Assembly: GCA_951406725.2 (NCBI GenBank)
Contig: OX597814.1
Coordinates: 106,206,001-106,270,000, forward strand
Length of the DNA stretch: 64,000 nt
DNA from: Octopus vulgaris
Lineage: Eukaryota
Reading direction: 5' to 3'
Of the stretch, positions 13,468 to 27,799 are shown one piece after another. Made by a program: the position numbers and the translations under genes. The notes under the pieces were generated by a model. The model saw only the letters and a list, made by a program, of their open reading frames with translations. It had not been told where the DNA came from and made no database searches. Position 1 is the first letter of the stretch. Each line of letters starts with the position of its first letter.

Positions 13468-14277
13468 GATAGATTTCTTTATTAGCCGCGCAGGGCCGAA
13501 CATATAGGGGACAATAAATGTAGAATTGTTCTTTTCGAAAACGATCAAAAGGGATCGAAAACTTTTTGGGACGTGTACACAAGGAAATAACAAAAGTGTC
13601 GTTAGTAACAATTAGATTTCCCAAAAGGGGGAGTAAATATAATACTGACTAGGTTTATCCGTGGAAAGTAAACCTATGAAAAAATAACCACGGTAACCTT
13701 GGAAAGACTAAACAATAACATGAGAGCAATGTGCTCTTTCTTTGTTTTGTAGGATCATGCTCAAGAAAAAGCTTTTTACCAACCAACCCTGTGACCTGAT
13801 GGTAAATAATTATTTGCTCTTAACATATTGGGTTTCTAGACTATTTTCTAAGCTATTGGGCTTCTAGACTATTTGCCATGTTTTCTTGCCTTTTCCTTCT
13901 TCCTTTTGTTTATATCATATACTTTTGTTATTCACTCTGATGAAGATCCGTTGCCTTAATTCGAATGCCCTATGAAAATGAAGAACTTTATTCTAGCATT
14001 TATGTATAGACTGTATTTTGGCAATCCAATCAGTAACAGCCATAAGATATGTTACGTCACCTATTTTATTATGTCATGCTTTGTATTAAAAGAAATAAGC
14101 TATAAATGTGGTCCAACCGATGTGTTGGTTAATCTCTGGTTTTCTCCATTTTCTAATTATTTGCATATATATATATAAATATGTATGTATGTATGTGTGT
14201 ATGTATGTATGTATGTATGTATGTATGTATATATATATATATATATATAAAGATATATGGTATATACATATATAAAG

Positions 14278-14313
<36 letters not shown>

Positions 14314-15442
14314 CTGTGTGTGTGTGTCTGTATGTATGCATGTATGTATATGTCTGTACGAGAGTATGTGCCATTCCACGCCTTCCTCAGTGAAAGATTT
14401 ACACCAATGAGACCCATGCCAAGAATATAGTGCCATCGCTGTTTGTAGTAACCTTTCCGATTCCTTATTTCCTGCATCGTGTGCTCCGGCTTTTTAGAGT
14501 TAAATCTTTTTGGACTTTAGACACAGGCCGAGATCCGAGCTAAACACCTTTTAATCACCAATACACGAGGTATTGTCGACATATACAGCTCCCTGTATCA
14601 TTTTATTTTCATGTATATGCATTGTTAGAATGTGAACATTGATATGTTTAAAAGATCTATGAATGCTAACAGCGACAGCAACAAGTACCATCAACACAGT
14701 GCAGTAACGGAATATTGCTTGACCAAAGGAAAAAGAAGAAAAAAGTGAAATAAAGGACATTAGCAGAAGAATTAACATATGAAAGAGAAGAAGAGATTCG
14801 GAGATCAAGTTTGGAACGCTGTTGAATTGGCAGATGAAATGCTAAGAAGGAAGGAACGATATTACCGAAGACCAAGTATGCTAAAATACGGCAAAAGACT
14901 TTCTACCAGATAATAGCAAGTACACGGTTAGGCTATAATTGCATATACATATGTAATCATATACATGTGTTTGTGTATATATAGTCTGATGACAAGGCGA
15001 CGGAAGTAATTCCACCGCATCTGTCTAAGCTGCGATATATCTAACTACATACAAACAAACTCATCTATATGAATATAAATATATTTATGTATGTATCATA
15101 GATTATATGTTATATATTTTGTATATATTATAGAAGATATGCGAGTAGCCTATTATATTTTCGCAACTGTGTATGGGTATGCTCATACATGGAAATGTGA
15201 GTATGTGTGCATGTGTCTGTATCCATGTAAAGAGGCTGATTAAACGATGCCAAACTTCTCTTGAGAAGGAAATTAAATTCGTCATAAGATAATAGTGGAA
15301 TGGTATGATGGATGGTAACAGACAAGAAATAAATAACTAAATATGCAACGGTAAAAAGCAACAGACACAGACACACGTACTCACGCATGTACACATGTGT
15401 GTGCGTGCGTGTGCGTATGTGTGTGTGTGAGTGTGTGTGTGT

Positions 15443-15506
<64 letters not shown>

Positions 15507-15840
15507 CGTAGTATGTGCGCCATTGTGTGTCTGTGTGTCTCGAAAGCAACATATAAAACACAATTTGCGGGAAGAGAATCGATTAGGTATTTTCGATTTG
15601 AAGTATTAAGAGTGTCAAAATAGAAGCAGGAACTATTCTTTGGCCAAATCTAAGGAATATGTCTGATGAGAGTGAACAATGTACTCATTGGAGCACTTAA
15701 TAAGATCATTAACACCAAATCGATAGCAATATACGGGAAATAACCACAAATACCAAACTGGAAATAATTCGTTTCATTCTTCTTCTCAACTCTCGCAACG
15801 AACTAACTTAAAGAGCGACACGCTAGTCCCATTTACTAAC

Positions 15841-15879
<39 letters not shown>

Positions 15880-16072
15880 TTATTCGTGTTTCTTTTTTAT
15901 TATGATAACTGCTACATAATTCTCCGATTGTGTGATGTCTTTCACGGAACCTATACACCACTCGATGTTCTCTTTATGAAATTACTTTGTCATGTTATTC
16001 CCAACTATCATAACCAGTTCTTTTTATGACAACGCCCATTACTTGTGTGTGTGTGTGTGTGCGTCTGTGTGT

Positions 16073-16110
<38 letters not shown>

Positions 16111-16869
16111 ATAGCGTCGTCGCAATTCCATTTTATTTTGTTAGTTTTGCTTTTCCCATTATTGTTCCAAGAAGACCATATTTTCGTTGAAAGAATGTTA
16201 TCAATTATTGAGCCACACTGTGACTCGAAAGAAAAAAAAGGAAAAACGAGAAACGTCATGGCGCTGTTGCCATTTATTTTCTTCGTCATGTGCTCTACTT
16301 AATTCAGACAGATTTCTAAAGCCAAATTAGGTAAATTATGCCACTGGATTATGTATGGGAATTACGTTTTGAAGAAGAGTTGTCAATAAAATCAAAGAAT
16401 TTCGGTTCCAGCACTGAGTATATATTTATCCAGTGAGACAAACAGAATTCCAAGAAGAATATGCATTCAAGACTATTGTTATTTTCGTAGATATTTATGA
16501 AGGTACTATTGTTTATCCTGTAATAAACAGATTATTGTTGTGAGAGAGATATCTGATATATGAATGACGGTTGTAATAGCAATCTGGATAAACCTTTTGT
16601 ATTAAGTTTATTCTTTTTGCCCAGTAAATATTTTGATTCCATGATTTCACGGTACCAAGTATGTTGTCTCTTTACTAAAAAATTGCAACTACAAATAATG
16701 CAGAATAACCAAATATATTTCTTACACATTAAACTGATTCCTTCCAGAGGCGAGCGGAAGGTGAAGTTTTGTATCTTTGTTAGCAACCAGCTCCATTCTT
16801 TTAGGGAAGTTTCAAATAATCAAAAATGCATCTCGTACATATGCCTTAGAAAGTGTCTGCGTGGATATA

Positions 16870-17550
16870 TTATATACAGGAGAAATTATGATAAGCATAA
16901 GTTGATATCATTTTTCCTTACGTACCTTTCACCCTTCTGGTTATTTTGCAGCCGTACATCAAACTGTACACGTCCTTTTTTATTTAGTAATTTTTATAGC
17001 ACAAAAATTGTTTTCTTTAGTAAATTTTATTATATAAAAATTTATTACAAGAGTTAAAGAAACGAAAAAAATAGCAATTAAGGAAAATAAATTGCAGTAG
17101 TTTTATGAAATTTATAAAGTATTGTTCCATCAAAACAACGTAATTTATTATGATAAAAAAATTGATTAACGTGTTCAAAAGGCTCCCCTTCGATTTTAGT
17201 ACAATACTGAACACTGCCGGAAACACTTCTACAAACCTTTTCACATATTTCCCCGTTAATCGTAGAAAATGTATCAGAAATTGCTTGTTTTAACTCAGGA
17301 ATTGGTTTTGGTTTCAGGGAATAAACAAGATTTTTCAATACACCCCACAAGATAAAGTCAGGTGGTGTCAGGTCTGGTGATCGTGATGGCCACTCAATTG
17401 CTCCATGTCGTCCTATACACCTCACCTCAAAATTAAGATTTAACCATTCCTAAACGTTTAACCCACAGTGAGGCCATGCACCATTCTATACAAAGAAAAT
17501 TATTTAAAAAATACAAATAAGAAAGGGCGTTATTTCTGCCGCACCCCGTA
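16870..17550 (-). mobile_element. Internally deleted Tc1/mariner-superfamily element, DD41D (rosa/Visitor-type) transposase remnant
   Basis: FFV*NGAWPH...IGRHGAIEWPSRSPDLTPPDFILWGVLKNLVY; 41 residues between the second (mutated to N) and third catalytic positions; right end reads TA-cggggtgcggcagaaataac on minus; left boundary uncertain. Confidence 0.8.
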
Positions 17551-17696
17551 TATCGTGTATCTGTCTATAGAATGTCGCAGATTATAGGTCTGCTACTCGG
17601 TAATAACAGCTCTTGTATAAATCTACCATTATCGTCAAACATCTAATGCTGTTACCGCTGCTACAATTACTACTACTAGTACCACCTTTATTAATG

Positions 17697-18034
17697 AGGG
17701 TGATAGTTTGGCAGAATCTTCAGAGCGTCGGATAAAATGGAATGTGACATTTGTTCCGGCTCTTCAGGTTTTGAATTCAAATGACGCTGTCAACTTTTCG
17801 GAGTCGATAAAATAAAGTACAAATCGATAAATGAGATCAATGTAACCGACTGACCCCTTCCCCTCAAAATTATTGGCATTGTTCGTAAATTAATAATTAT
17901 TAGATTTATGGTAGCAGATTAAGCAGGATTGTTAAAGAGTCGATCTTTTTTTATGTTCTTTTACTCTCTGATTTCGAATTCGGCAGAGATTAATTTTGCC
18001 TTTCATCGTTTGTTGTTTGATGAGATATAATACC
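17697..18034 (+). mobile_element. Two diverged SINE B copies (second one interrupted at 18034, resumes at 18429)
   Basis: ttggcagaatc...gaattcaaat...ggagtcgataaaataaagtac; aattcggcagagattaattttgcctttcatcg. Confidence 0.65.
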
Positions 18035-18266
18035 TATTTCTTTACTACCCACAAGGGGCTAAACAGAGAGGGAACAAACAAGGACAGACAAACGGATTCA
18101 GTCGATTATATCGACCCCAGTACGTAACTGGTACTTAATTTATCGACCCCGAAAGGATGAAAGGCAAAGTCGACCTCAGCGGAATTTGAACTCAGAACGT
18201 AGGGGCAGACGAAATACGGCTAAGCATTTCGCCCGGCATGCTAACGTTTCTGCCAGCTCGCCGCCT
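18035..18266 (-). mobile_element. SINE B, young full-length copy
   Basis: Closely matches 49404-49637 and the reverse complement of 42500-42728; within an 18-bp direct repeat 18017-18034/18429-18446. Confidence 0.9.
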
Positions 18267-19957
18267 TCCAGCTTAGACATAATATTTTTTCCAGCTTAGA
18301 CACAAAGTTAAATATTTTAGGGGGAGGAAAGGATTAGGCAACTAATTTGACCCCCAGTATTTGACAGCTATTATATCTCGAAAGGATTAGGCAACTAATT
18401 CGACCCCAGTATTTGACATTATTATATCTTGATGAGATATAATACCAGTCAAATACTGGGGTCGAATTAGTTGCCTAACCCTTTCCTCCCCCTAAAATAT
18501 TTAACTTTGTGTCTAAGCTGGAAAAAAAAAATTATCGATGTTATTACCACAGCAACCAAAACCCTAACCATTACTTCACATCTGGTATCGATCGCCGTAG
18601 TAAACCCTGACAGGGAATATTTAACTGCATCGGAATAGTTTCCATTGTCATCTGGTATTAACACATAGAGGGAATTTTTAACTATATCACAACAACACAT
18701 CTATTTTATATTTTTTCATTAACATGTTGCAAGCATCACTTCCAGAGAAGTGAACTATGGAATACTATAACAAGACATTGTAGAAAACAGCAGAAACTAG
18801 CGGTGAAGTTTATAGCAATGGAACTGTAGCAGCAGCTAACACAGTAATTGCAATTTCATCGCCAGACAAAGAAACTGCGACACAAAAGAGACCTTAAATG
18901 CGATGAGGCGAGAAAGGATTTATAAAGCTGTTCCCTGGTCAATGGATTAATCAAACGGACAGAAGCCCAAATATTCAGTGAATAAGGCTTAAAGAAACTT
19001 TTCTTCAGAGCGCCATAGATTGAGCTTTGAAATGTCGTGAATGGCACTAACTAAGATCCAGTCTAAAAGTATGTTATTATTGAATTATCAGAGAAGGGAG
19101 CCTTTTTAACGGTTCTCTGGCCTTCGTAGAGGAGCAGAGGTGTCTGTTTGTATCATAATGACGTGTTGTAATTGCGGTGCGTGGGGTTTATCGCTTCTTG
19201 TGTACATTAGATAATGTCCGTGTTACTACCATTTGTTAGGACACGGAAAAGATAACAATATTAGCAACGATTGGACATTATTTGCAAATAGATTTTGGCA
19301 GTTGTTTTCTGAAAGATGTTAATCAGATCGAATAAAAGATGTTTGTTCTGAGAAGAATCAATAACTGTCACAAAAGATCAGATATCGGATTCGGGATAAA
19401 CAAGGATAATTTTGGCAAATATTGAACCGAACAAATACGACTATTTGGTGAAGGTAGGTGCCGACCTCCAGCTGGATTGTTTGTTATTCCAGAACCCAAT
19501 GATTCAACCCACCCACACATACTTGTCTTTATCCTTATCTATACAGACTCAAATCACATTTTCTTGTTCAAGAAACATTACCGATACTTCTTCATTTAAA
19601 TATTCTTATACTCTCATTCGCTGTTTCTGTTTGTCGTTCTATGAAGCTATCAGTCAGCGGCCATATTTCCTTGTTAACATTCATTTTCTTTGCTTCTGTT
19701 TCGCTTCCGCTATTTTCCTCCTCGTCCCCATCCTCTTTATTTATTATGAACACAGAGCGGACATGTTTTCTACAGATGTTCACTTGCGATCGTTCTTTGC
19801 TTTTATCCAAGACACCTTAAATAGATTCCACGGCGGACGTTACACCTTTCAATAGATCTATTTGCTTCATTTTAAAATTAGACTAACAGAAGATATTTTA
19901 AGAACAACGGTGTATGAATAGACACACACACAGAGGCAGGGAGAACATATAGAAATG

Positions 19958-19961
19958 CATG

Positions 19962-19992
<31 letters not shown>

Positions 19993-20209
19993 ATATATAT
20001 GTATATGTATATGTATATATGTATATACACACACATGTATATATATGTATATATGCATATATATATATACATATATATATATATACATATATATACACAC
20101 ATATATATATACATATATATATATACATATATATATACATATATATATATATACATATATATATACATATATATCTATATATATATATACATATATATAT
20201 ATACATATA

Positions 20210-20256
<47 letters not shown>

Positions 20257-20310
20257 ATATATACACACACATATATATGTATATATATATATATATATGT
20301 ATGTATATAT
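19958..20310. repeat. (TA)n/(TACA)n compound microsatellite
   Basis: Directly visible. Confidence 0.95.
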
Positions 20311-20320
20311 CCTTTAATCC

Positions 20321-20509
20321 TTTAATTTGTTTCAGTCATTTGACTGTGGCCAGGCTGGAGCACCGCCTTAGTTGAGCAAATGGACCCCAGGACTTATTCT
20401 TTGTAAGCCTAGTACTTATTCTATCGGTCTCTTTTGCCGAACCGCTAGGTTACGGGGGCGTAAACACACCATCATCGGTTGTCAAGCGATGCTGGGACGA
20501 CAAACACAG

Positions 20510-20555
<46 letters not shown>

Positions 20556-20557
20556 AC

Positions 20558-20601
<44 letters not shown>

Positions 20602-20790
20602 GACGGGATTCTTTCAGCTTCCTTCTACCAAATCCAAGGCTTTGATCGACCCGAGTCTATATTAGAAGAAACTTGCCAAAGGTGGGAACTGAACCCGGAA
20701 CTATGTGGTTGTTAAGCAAACACATTGGGGCTGAACCCGGAACAATGTGGTTGGTAAACAAGCTACTTACCACACAGCCACTCCTACGCG
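20321..20790 (-). mobile_element. SINE family A with duplicated head segment
   Basis: Homologous to 5830-6250; ctgaacccggaa..atgtggttg repeated at ~20689 and ~20731. Confidence 0.85.
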
Positions 20791-21002
20791 TATACACAAT
20801 AATATGTTATCAAACAAATACGCACATACACCATAATGTATTATGCATGGAAATGGGTGTGAATATTGTCACTGTATACGTGCAAACACAGATGCACACA
20901 GGGATGTTTTGAGATTGTTTCACAGAGCAATGGGTTGCTTTGTGAAGACCGAGGCCGAAAGAGAAATGCAGGTATTTTATTTGTAGGGTTAATGATCTAT
21001 GC

Positions 21003-21061
<59 letters not shown>

Positions 21062-21064
<3 letters not shown>

Positions 21065-21363
21065 TTATATATAAAAGTGAAGTTGTGTGAGTGTCTGTCT
21101 CCTACGATTTAGATTCCTAACTACTCCCACATTTTGCGCTGCAGTTTAACCAAAACCGGGTATCTTATAGTCGTGATTCATATCGAGCCCTTCTGGGTAT
21201 TAGCGCGCGTCTACGATGAGTCTACGATTTTTAAAAAATTTATCATCATTTTTTTCCCATTTTTAATGCATTTTTTGCTATAATATAAGGGAAGTAACTC
21301 TCTAAAAATGCTTATATAGTTATTTCCCTTACAAATCCGAGCAACGCCGGGCGATACTGCTAG
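21062..21363 (+). mobile_element. Non-autonomous Helitron, 302 bp
   Basis: A|TC 5' end (tctttatatataaaag), subterminal GC hairpin tccgagcaacgccggg, CTAG|T 3' end, no TSD, inserted in (TA)n. Confidence 0.85.
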
Positions 21364-21527
21364 TATATATATATATAGGGATATATATACATACAAGTGA
21401 GTAAATATACCTGCATATACAACACATACACGGGAATATACACATATCTTTCTCACACACGATTACACACACTCATATGTGTGCGTGTGTGTGTGTGAAT
21501 GCGTGTGTGTGTGTGTATGTGTGTGTA

Positions 21528-21776
21528 TCGTTGCTATTATGTCAAACTGTCGTATGTCCAAATTTGACCAAATGCATTTTTTTTCAATATTTATTTTTGC
21601 TTGCAATAGCGGGTTCTTCTGGTCAAACTATCGTATCTCCAGCTGCTTCAGTTGCCAAGGTATCAAAAACTCTGAGTGTAGTACAACGGTTTTGCTATGG
21701 AATGGTGAAACTATTCTTTTCTTTTTCTGAAAACGCATAATTTCGGACTTACGGCACTTTTGCATAATAGCAACGA
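21528..21776. mobile_element. 249-bp MITE with ~38-bp imperfect TIRs (copy 1)
   Basis: tcgttgctattatg...cataatagcaacga; flanked by TA/TG; homolog at 45906-46154. Confidence 0.85.
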
Positions 21777-21802
21777 TGTGTGTGTGTGCATACGTGCGTG
21801 CT

Positions 21803-21873
<71 letters not shown>

Positions 21874-23169
21874 AGCAGAGGAGTCCGATGCCGTTGGACA
21901 TTGGACCAAATAGCAAAGACATTTAGATACACCTCGTTCCTTAATAAACAGACGCTTTTAATTCGCTTCTCATTAATGCAAAACTATAATGTGCTAATTG
22001 TTCAGTGGTTACCATAGCGACAGCTACGTCATGAACAAAGCGAATTGTACTTTTAGAGCGCCATAGAATTACATTTATCGTCTTCCATGAGCATCCGATG
22101 ATGGTGTAAGTATTGCAATATTCAATAGCTCAGAGTGGACAGTGGCAGGTATTTGAACAGTATAGAACAAATATGGTATATCAAATACCATACAATTAAA
22201 ATTTTTGATTTGCTTAAATTATTTCCACCTTTCCTAATTACCAAACGACAATTAAGACTAGCTGCATATGACAAGGCAGGATAGTCTCAAGAATCAATTT
22301 TCTCCAAAGCTGATTTACAGTTAAGGAAAAGAGCAGGTTTATTGTCTGAAGATAAAGAGGACAGTCGTGACACGTGTTTCTACCTCGATAGGTGTCGTTA
22401 GCACGGCTAATTTATTATAAATACATACCGAGTGTAGACAAGCAGAAATAAATTTTAGCTGAATCAAATCTGCAACGGTTGGGTGATGACACTTTATCAC
22501 TTGTGGTAGGTCGTTAGTGTTTTCGAGGAGGTTATGAATCTCACCATTTGTTTTACGATTAATCTATAAACCTAAGGCTTTGTGTAGGGGTCAGGAGAGA
22601 ACCATGTTACTCAAACGTTGCTGAGTCAATGTCGATGAAATATCAATTAAACCCCTACGACGATAGTTCGACCTTCATTCACACATTGAATGCATTACAA
22701 AAGATATGATTGTCACAACTTCTCTTTCGTGAAGTATTCTACAATGAAATAATTACATAAGAAGCACTTATAATTCAACGATATTATATGTAATTTCAGA
22801 GTTTTATCCTTGCTGTTCGTTAAAGTACAATTGTTCACAGTATTTGTTCAATGGAAAATCTCACCATTTTTCTACAGAATCCTTTCCATCTGCCTCTCCT
22901 CTTTTCGTCTCTCTTTCATAATTTCTTTCTCATTTATTTTGATTTTGTCCATGGAAATCTTTATTCAACACTCACCCGTTTCTCCACCACCTTCTACTAC
23001 CAATATATCTCAAACTACACAAATGTCCTCAATCTCTTACACTAAAATCACTACCTCCACCACCGCCATAATCCTCGTTATAGCAGTATTGTCATCGTTA
23101 TCTCTATTATTCACCACGTCCTCTTAAGAATGTTCTCCTTGTTAGATTTTGTATGCTGGGTGGTCATGA

Positions 23170-25880
23170 GAACTGGGTGTTATCACCAAAACAATTGAAG
23201 TTCATCACCTTTCATGAGTAACACAGCAAAGAAGATAGTCTGCCTCGTTTTCGTTTTTTGTTGACACTTAATCATTCCTCAGGTTGACCCTCCAGTTCGT
23301 GGCCAAAGCTTGGTCTTGCACTGCCAGTATATTGCTCTCGGTCTCTTTTTTTTTTAGGGTTCTTTTCCTCAGCCAATCCCACCTATTTTTTCCAGCAACT
23401 TCTGTTGTGGCTGCATGGAATTGATTGTGTGGTCCCTTCTTTAGTAATTCTTCTTCGTGACCTTTTGTATTTCTTCCTTGCTTTCCCTTTTTTCTCTGCT
23501 CTCAATACTCCCTCATTCCTAACTGTCACTAGCAAGATTTCCTTACTTTGGGATAGGAATCTCATTAAACTCTCAAGTTCGATACCCACGCAGTCTTCCA
23601 CATTTATAAGCCCTGTTCCTCCATTTCCTTTCTTCATATACAGGTGATCAGTATCTGTACGTGGACGATAGGCTGCATGCATCGTTGGGAGCTTTCTTGG
23701 TTTCCTGTCCATTTCATTTAACTTCTTCTCTGTCCACTTCAGGATTCCAGCTCCATAACGAACTGCTGCAACGGCGAGCGAGTTTATTGCCGAAATTATG
23801 TTTCTGGCATTTAGCTTTGAAGCCAATATTTTTCTCACTTGCCGCAGGTACTTTCTTTTTTTGACTTTTCCTTCATGTCATTGTATTTGATTCCATCTGC
23901 TTCAAATATTTCCTGGTATTTATCACTGGATTGAGGTCGAATTTCTTTCATCATTTCACCACTTGGCAACCATATGCTTTCTGTCCTGGCAAGCTTTCCT
24001 CGTCTCATCATCATGGTAGCACATTTTGAGAGTCCAAACTCCATTTTAATATCACTGGAGAAAATCCACACAGACTGGACTGGGCTGTCCAGTTCTGCCT
24101 CATTTTTGTGAATAGTTTCAGGCCGTCCATGAATAACAAGTGGGGTAGTTTTCTCTTACCTCTTCCGAGATCATACCCCAACTTTGTTTTCTGTAGTATT
24201 TCACTCAAGGGGATCATTCCCAGCACAAAGATTAGTGGGGACACACTGTTCCCCTGGAATATTCCTCTCTTGATCTTCACCTCTCCTAACACTTGATACC
24301 CTACTGTCAATTCCGTTCTCCAGCGTTTCATGCTATTCCATATAAGGCTTCTCATATTCTCTGCTAGTCCATACGTTTCCATTCTTCTTATTATCCAGGA
24401 ATGTGGTATCATATCGCATGCTTCACGATAATCAATCCATTCCATGCTCAGATTTGTATGTCTTCTCTTGCAGTTCCTGATAATTAGATTATCAATTAAG
24501 AGCTGATCCTTCGTTCCCCGATTCCTTTTTCGGCATCCTTTTTGCTCAATGGATAGCAGCCCACTGCTTTCCAAGTATCTGTACAGTTCATCGGTCAGAG
24601 CACATGACATTAGTCTCCACATTAACGGAAAGCATGTTACTGGTCTAAAGTTGGACGCAACATTTCCCTTTTTTCAGGATCCTTGGCACATAACAATGTC
24701 TTTTCCTTTGTCATCCAGCTGGGTAATGCGCCTTCCTGCAAGCACTCATTTAGCTGCTGTGCTATCCTTTCATGGAGCAAACCTAGCTTCTTCATCCAAT
24801 AACCTTGTACCCCATCCAGTCCTGGGCTCTTCCAATTTCGGAATTTTCTCAACTGCCTTTTTTTTTATCATTTCTGTAGTTATATTTATGTCTTCTATAT
24901 TTTGGACTTCCATATTTCTTAACTTATCTTGGATCTCATGCAGCCACTCCGCTTCATCATTATGCTCTACAAGTTAGTCCCAGATCCCCCTCCAGAATGT
25001 CCTGCTTTCCTTTGCATTTGGTATTATTGTTAGGTGTAATTTCCCATCTAGTTCCTGAAACAATCTGTTTCGCTTGAATCGGTTTGTTCTTTTGTCCTGT
25101 CTTTCCAGTTTTGCTTCGGTTGTTACTACTCTTTGTTTCAATTCTTCCAATATCACATCATACCCTTTATCTCTTATTTTATAAGTTCTTTCCAGAATTA
25201 TTCTTACGCTTTCGTTCTGTAATTCCCCTCTTCTAAATCTATCAACTTGTCCCAAATGTCTTTTTAACTTTGTTTCTCACAAATTCGCCTGCGCCAGTAT
25301 GGTCCTTTACCTTCTGTTTGTTCTTTTCTTTTGTATCCAATTCTATCTGCAGCAACCATATTTCTATCAGCAGCAATTATATTTCTCGTCTGGAATAGCC
25401 CAAGAACCGAATCTATCTTTTGGCCTTCAACCTTGAGCTTGTGTCGATCAATGTACCTCAGCTTGTGGGGGTGCTTGATCCGGGTCTTCTCTAATATATC
25501 GGCACAGCGTCCTCACTATGTCTTGTTGGTCATCATCTTATTCTTGTGATAAAGCTCTTCCAACTACTTCTGCTTCATTTGCTGCGAATACATTTACATT
25601 TATACTTTGCTCTACGTCTTTAATGCCGCCTTTTATTTTGTCTGTTCTCACTTTATCCGGACACTTTATCTGTTGGTGAATTATTATTTCAATCTCCTAC
25701 TTTCTTTTTTTATTTTTTCTATAACCACCCTTTTGCTCTTATTGCTCTTGAAATTATTATTATCAATAATATTAATGTACGGCACATACATCTGATCACT
25801 ATAAACAAACCTTTTGTGTAGCAGGTTGTTCGGCAAAAGGGCTGAACGCTCATACATCGTCTTCGGCGGGAGAGTCCATC
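23170..25880 (-). pseudogene. Long decayed R4/Dong-clade LINE (N-terminus, RT, start of C-terminal domain)
   Basis: [79 protein letters not shown] across frameshifted ORFs; 5' end adjoins (AAT/AAC)n. Confidence 0.9.
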
Positions 25881-25989
25881 ATTATTATTCTTGTTGTTGT
25901 TCTTGTTGTTGTTGCTGTTATGTGATTTTACGGAATTTGTGTTGCGCCTGCTTCCATTATAAAAACTTCTGGCCTACGATGAGAAGCTG

Positions 25990-26435
25990 TTTTGCTGCTC
26001 TTTATATTTGTTCTTCCTTTGATTTAAGGTCGTTCTGGATGAATCTTTCCAAACCCAAGCAGACATATTTCCGGCAATGTACCCAATTGCTATCGGGGAT
26101 AGGATCAAATTCTTCAAAGTTTCTTCTCGAACTTTTTCGTCACTGTTCCTTAAGCTCCCAATAATAATCGGCGGTACCATGACCTGGATAACTTCTCTGT
26201 TCCAACATGAAGATTTCATACTTTATGTCAGTATATTGTTCTAATCTTATCTTTTCTTTCCTTTTTTCTCTCATATCAAACGTGTACCCACATCGATTAC
26301 ATCACTTATTTCCGTCTTATAAACGACTACAATATCTGACTTGTTGTGTTCCATTCTTCTTTCGGTTTGCAGAGGAAAGATCCATAACAACATTACTCAG
26401 CATTTCTTTTCCTACAAAATTGATTTAATCCCTTC
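25990..26435 (-). pseudogene. R4/Dong-type RLE C-terminal fragment
   Basis: Manual translation LLWIFPLQTERRMEHNKSDIVVV..VIDVG..EQYTDIKYEI, and VMVPPIIIGSL in ORF 25974-26219. Confidence 0.7.
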
Positions 26436-26823
26436 TTCTGTGCACGCGATGCCGTTTTATTGTTCAAATTCCAGTGATTATAGCAGCATCTGTCTAAAAG
26501 AATGCTTTTGCACTGATTTTCGTTTCCTCGCCACCTTTAACAGTTTTGTTTCTTTCTCTTCTTTTCCCCTCATCTCTTTCTTCTCATTCTCTTTCTTTTC
26601 CTCGTCTTCTTCCCCTTCTTACTCTACTCTTTCGTCTCCGTTCCCCACAAAATAATTATACTCACTTATCTAATTAGACTACACACAAAGATATTCCTTT
26701 GACACAAACGTACGCTAGTTTATCACGCCTAGTTTCCAAGTACATTGCTCCACCCACAAGATGAACTAAAAACTATATATATGTGAAGGAGGGGTGGTTA
26801 TGCATGTATAAACAAGTATATGT

Positions 26824-26826
26824 AGG

Positions 26827-26899
<73 letters not shown>

Positions 26900-27028
26900 G
26901 GATGGATAGATGGATAGATATATAGATATACACTCACACATATACATACATAAGGATTCATGCACACAGATACATACACATATAGAACGATAGATCAATG
27001 GATAGCTAGATAAATAAAGGAATATATG

Positions 27029-27067
<39 letters not shown>

Positions 27068-27076
27068 TATGTATGA

Positions 27077-27109
<33 letters not shown>

Positions 27110-27230
27110 TATGTATGTGTGCGTGTATGTTACATATATATTTTATATATATATATATATAAATATATGTATATATGTATAAAAATATATGTATATATGT
27201 ATAAAAATATATGTATATATACACACATGC

Positions 27231-27294
<64 letters not shown>

Positions 27295-27330
27295 ATATAT
27301 ATGTGTGTGTATGTGTGTGTGTATACATAC
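26824..27330. repeat. (GATA)n and (TA)n microsatellite cluster
   Basis: Directly visible. Confidence 0.9.
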
Positions 27331-27616
27331 ATTTATTTTCCTTTTAAAAATAAAATATATAAGATGTTCTCATTACTGTTATTAATATAACTGGAAAAAT
27401 TCACTTAACCAACACACAACAAACACACATTCAATAAACGTGCAAGTAATTTTGACAGTCTATTTCTATCGCTGGTTACCATTACAACTGACAAATATAG
27501 AATGACTAAAAGAAAACTGACATCTTGAATTGTCACCAGCTTCAACCATCCCAGAAGACCCTCTCCTACAGCTGAGGAGCATGTCAACTGACCAAAGAAC
27601 ACAATACAATTTAAAC

Positions 27617-27799
27617 CAGGTGTCTCCAAAGGGGTCGATATCGATCCCTTTGGAGTCGATGGAACTATTCAAGGGGTCGATAAATGCACATCTACTTAAT
27701 TACTATTTTTATTTATTTTTTTCTTGTACATGCTAAGGGGTCGATGAGGGTCACGGATTCCATGAAAGAGTCGATGGTCTAAAATTTGAACCATTTCAG
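27617..27799. mobile_element. Possible hAT-type MITE with subterminal GTCGAT repeats
   Basis: Begins caggtgtctccaaag; five gtcgat motifs; right TIR degenerate and no TSD recognised. Confidence 0.4.

Noticed and set aside
13935-14045. ctgatgaagatccgttgcc...ggcaatcc as a hammerhead with long loop II
   Set aside because: GAAA box and cleavage triplet not recoverable
15660-15700. ctgatga-gagt..actc stem
   Set aside because: Followed by attg rather than GAAA; chance match likely
19592-19810. 72-aa acidic minus-strand ORF
   Set aside because: Non-ATG start, weak splice context, no recognisable motif
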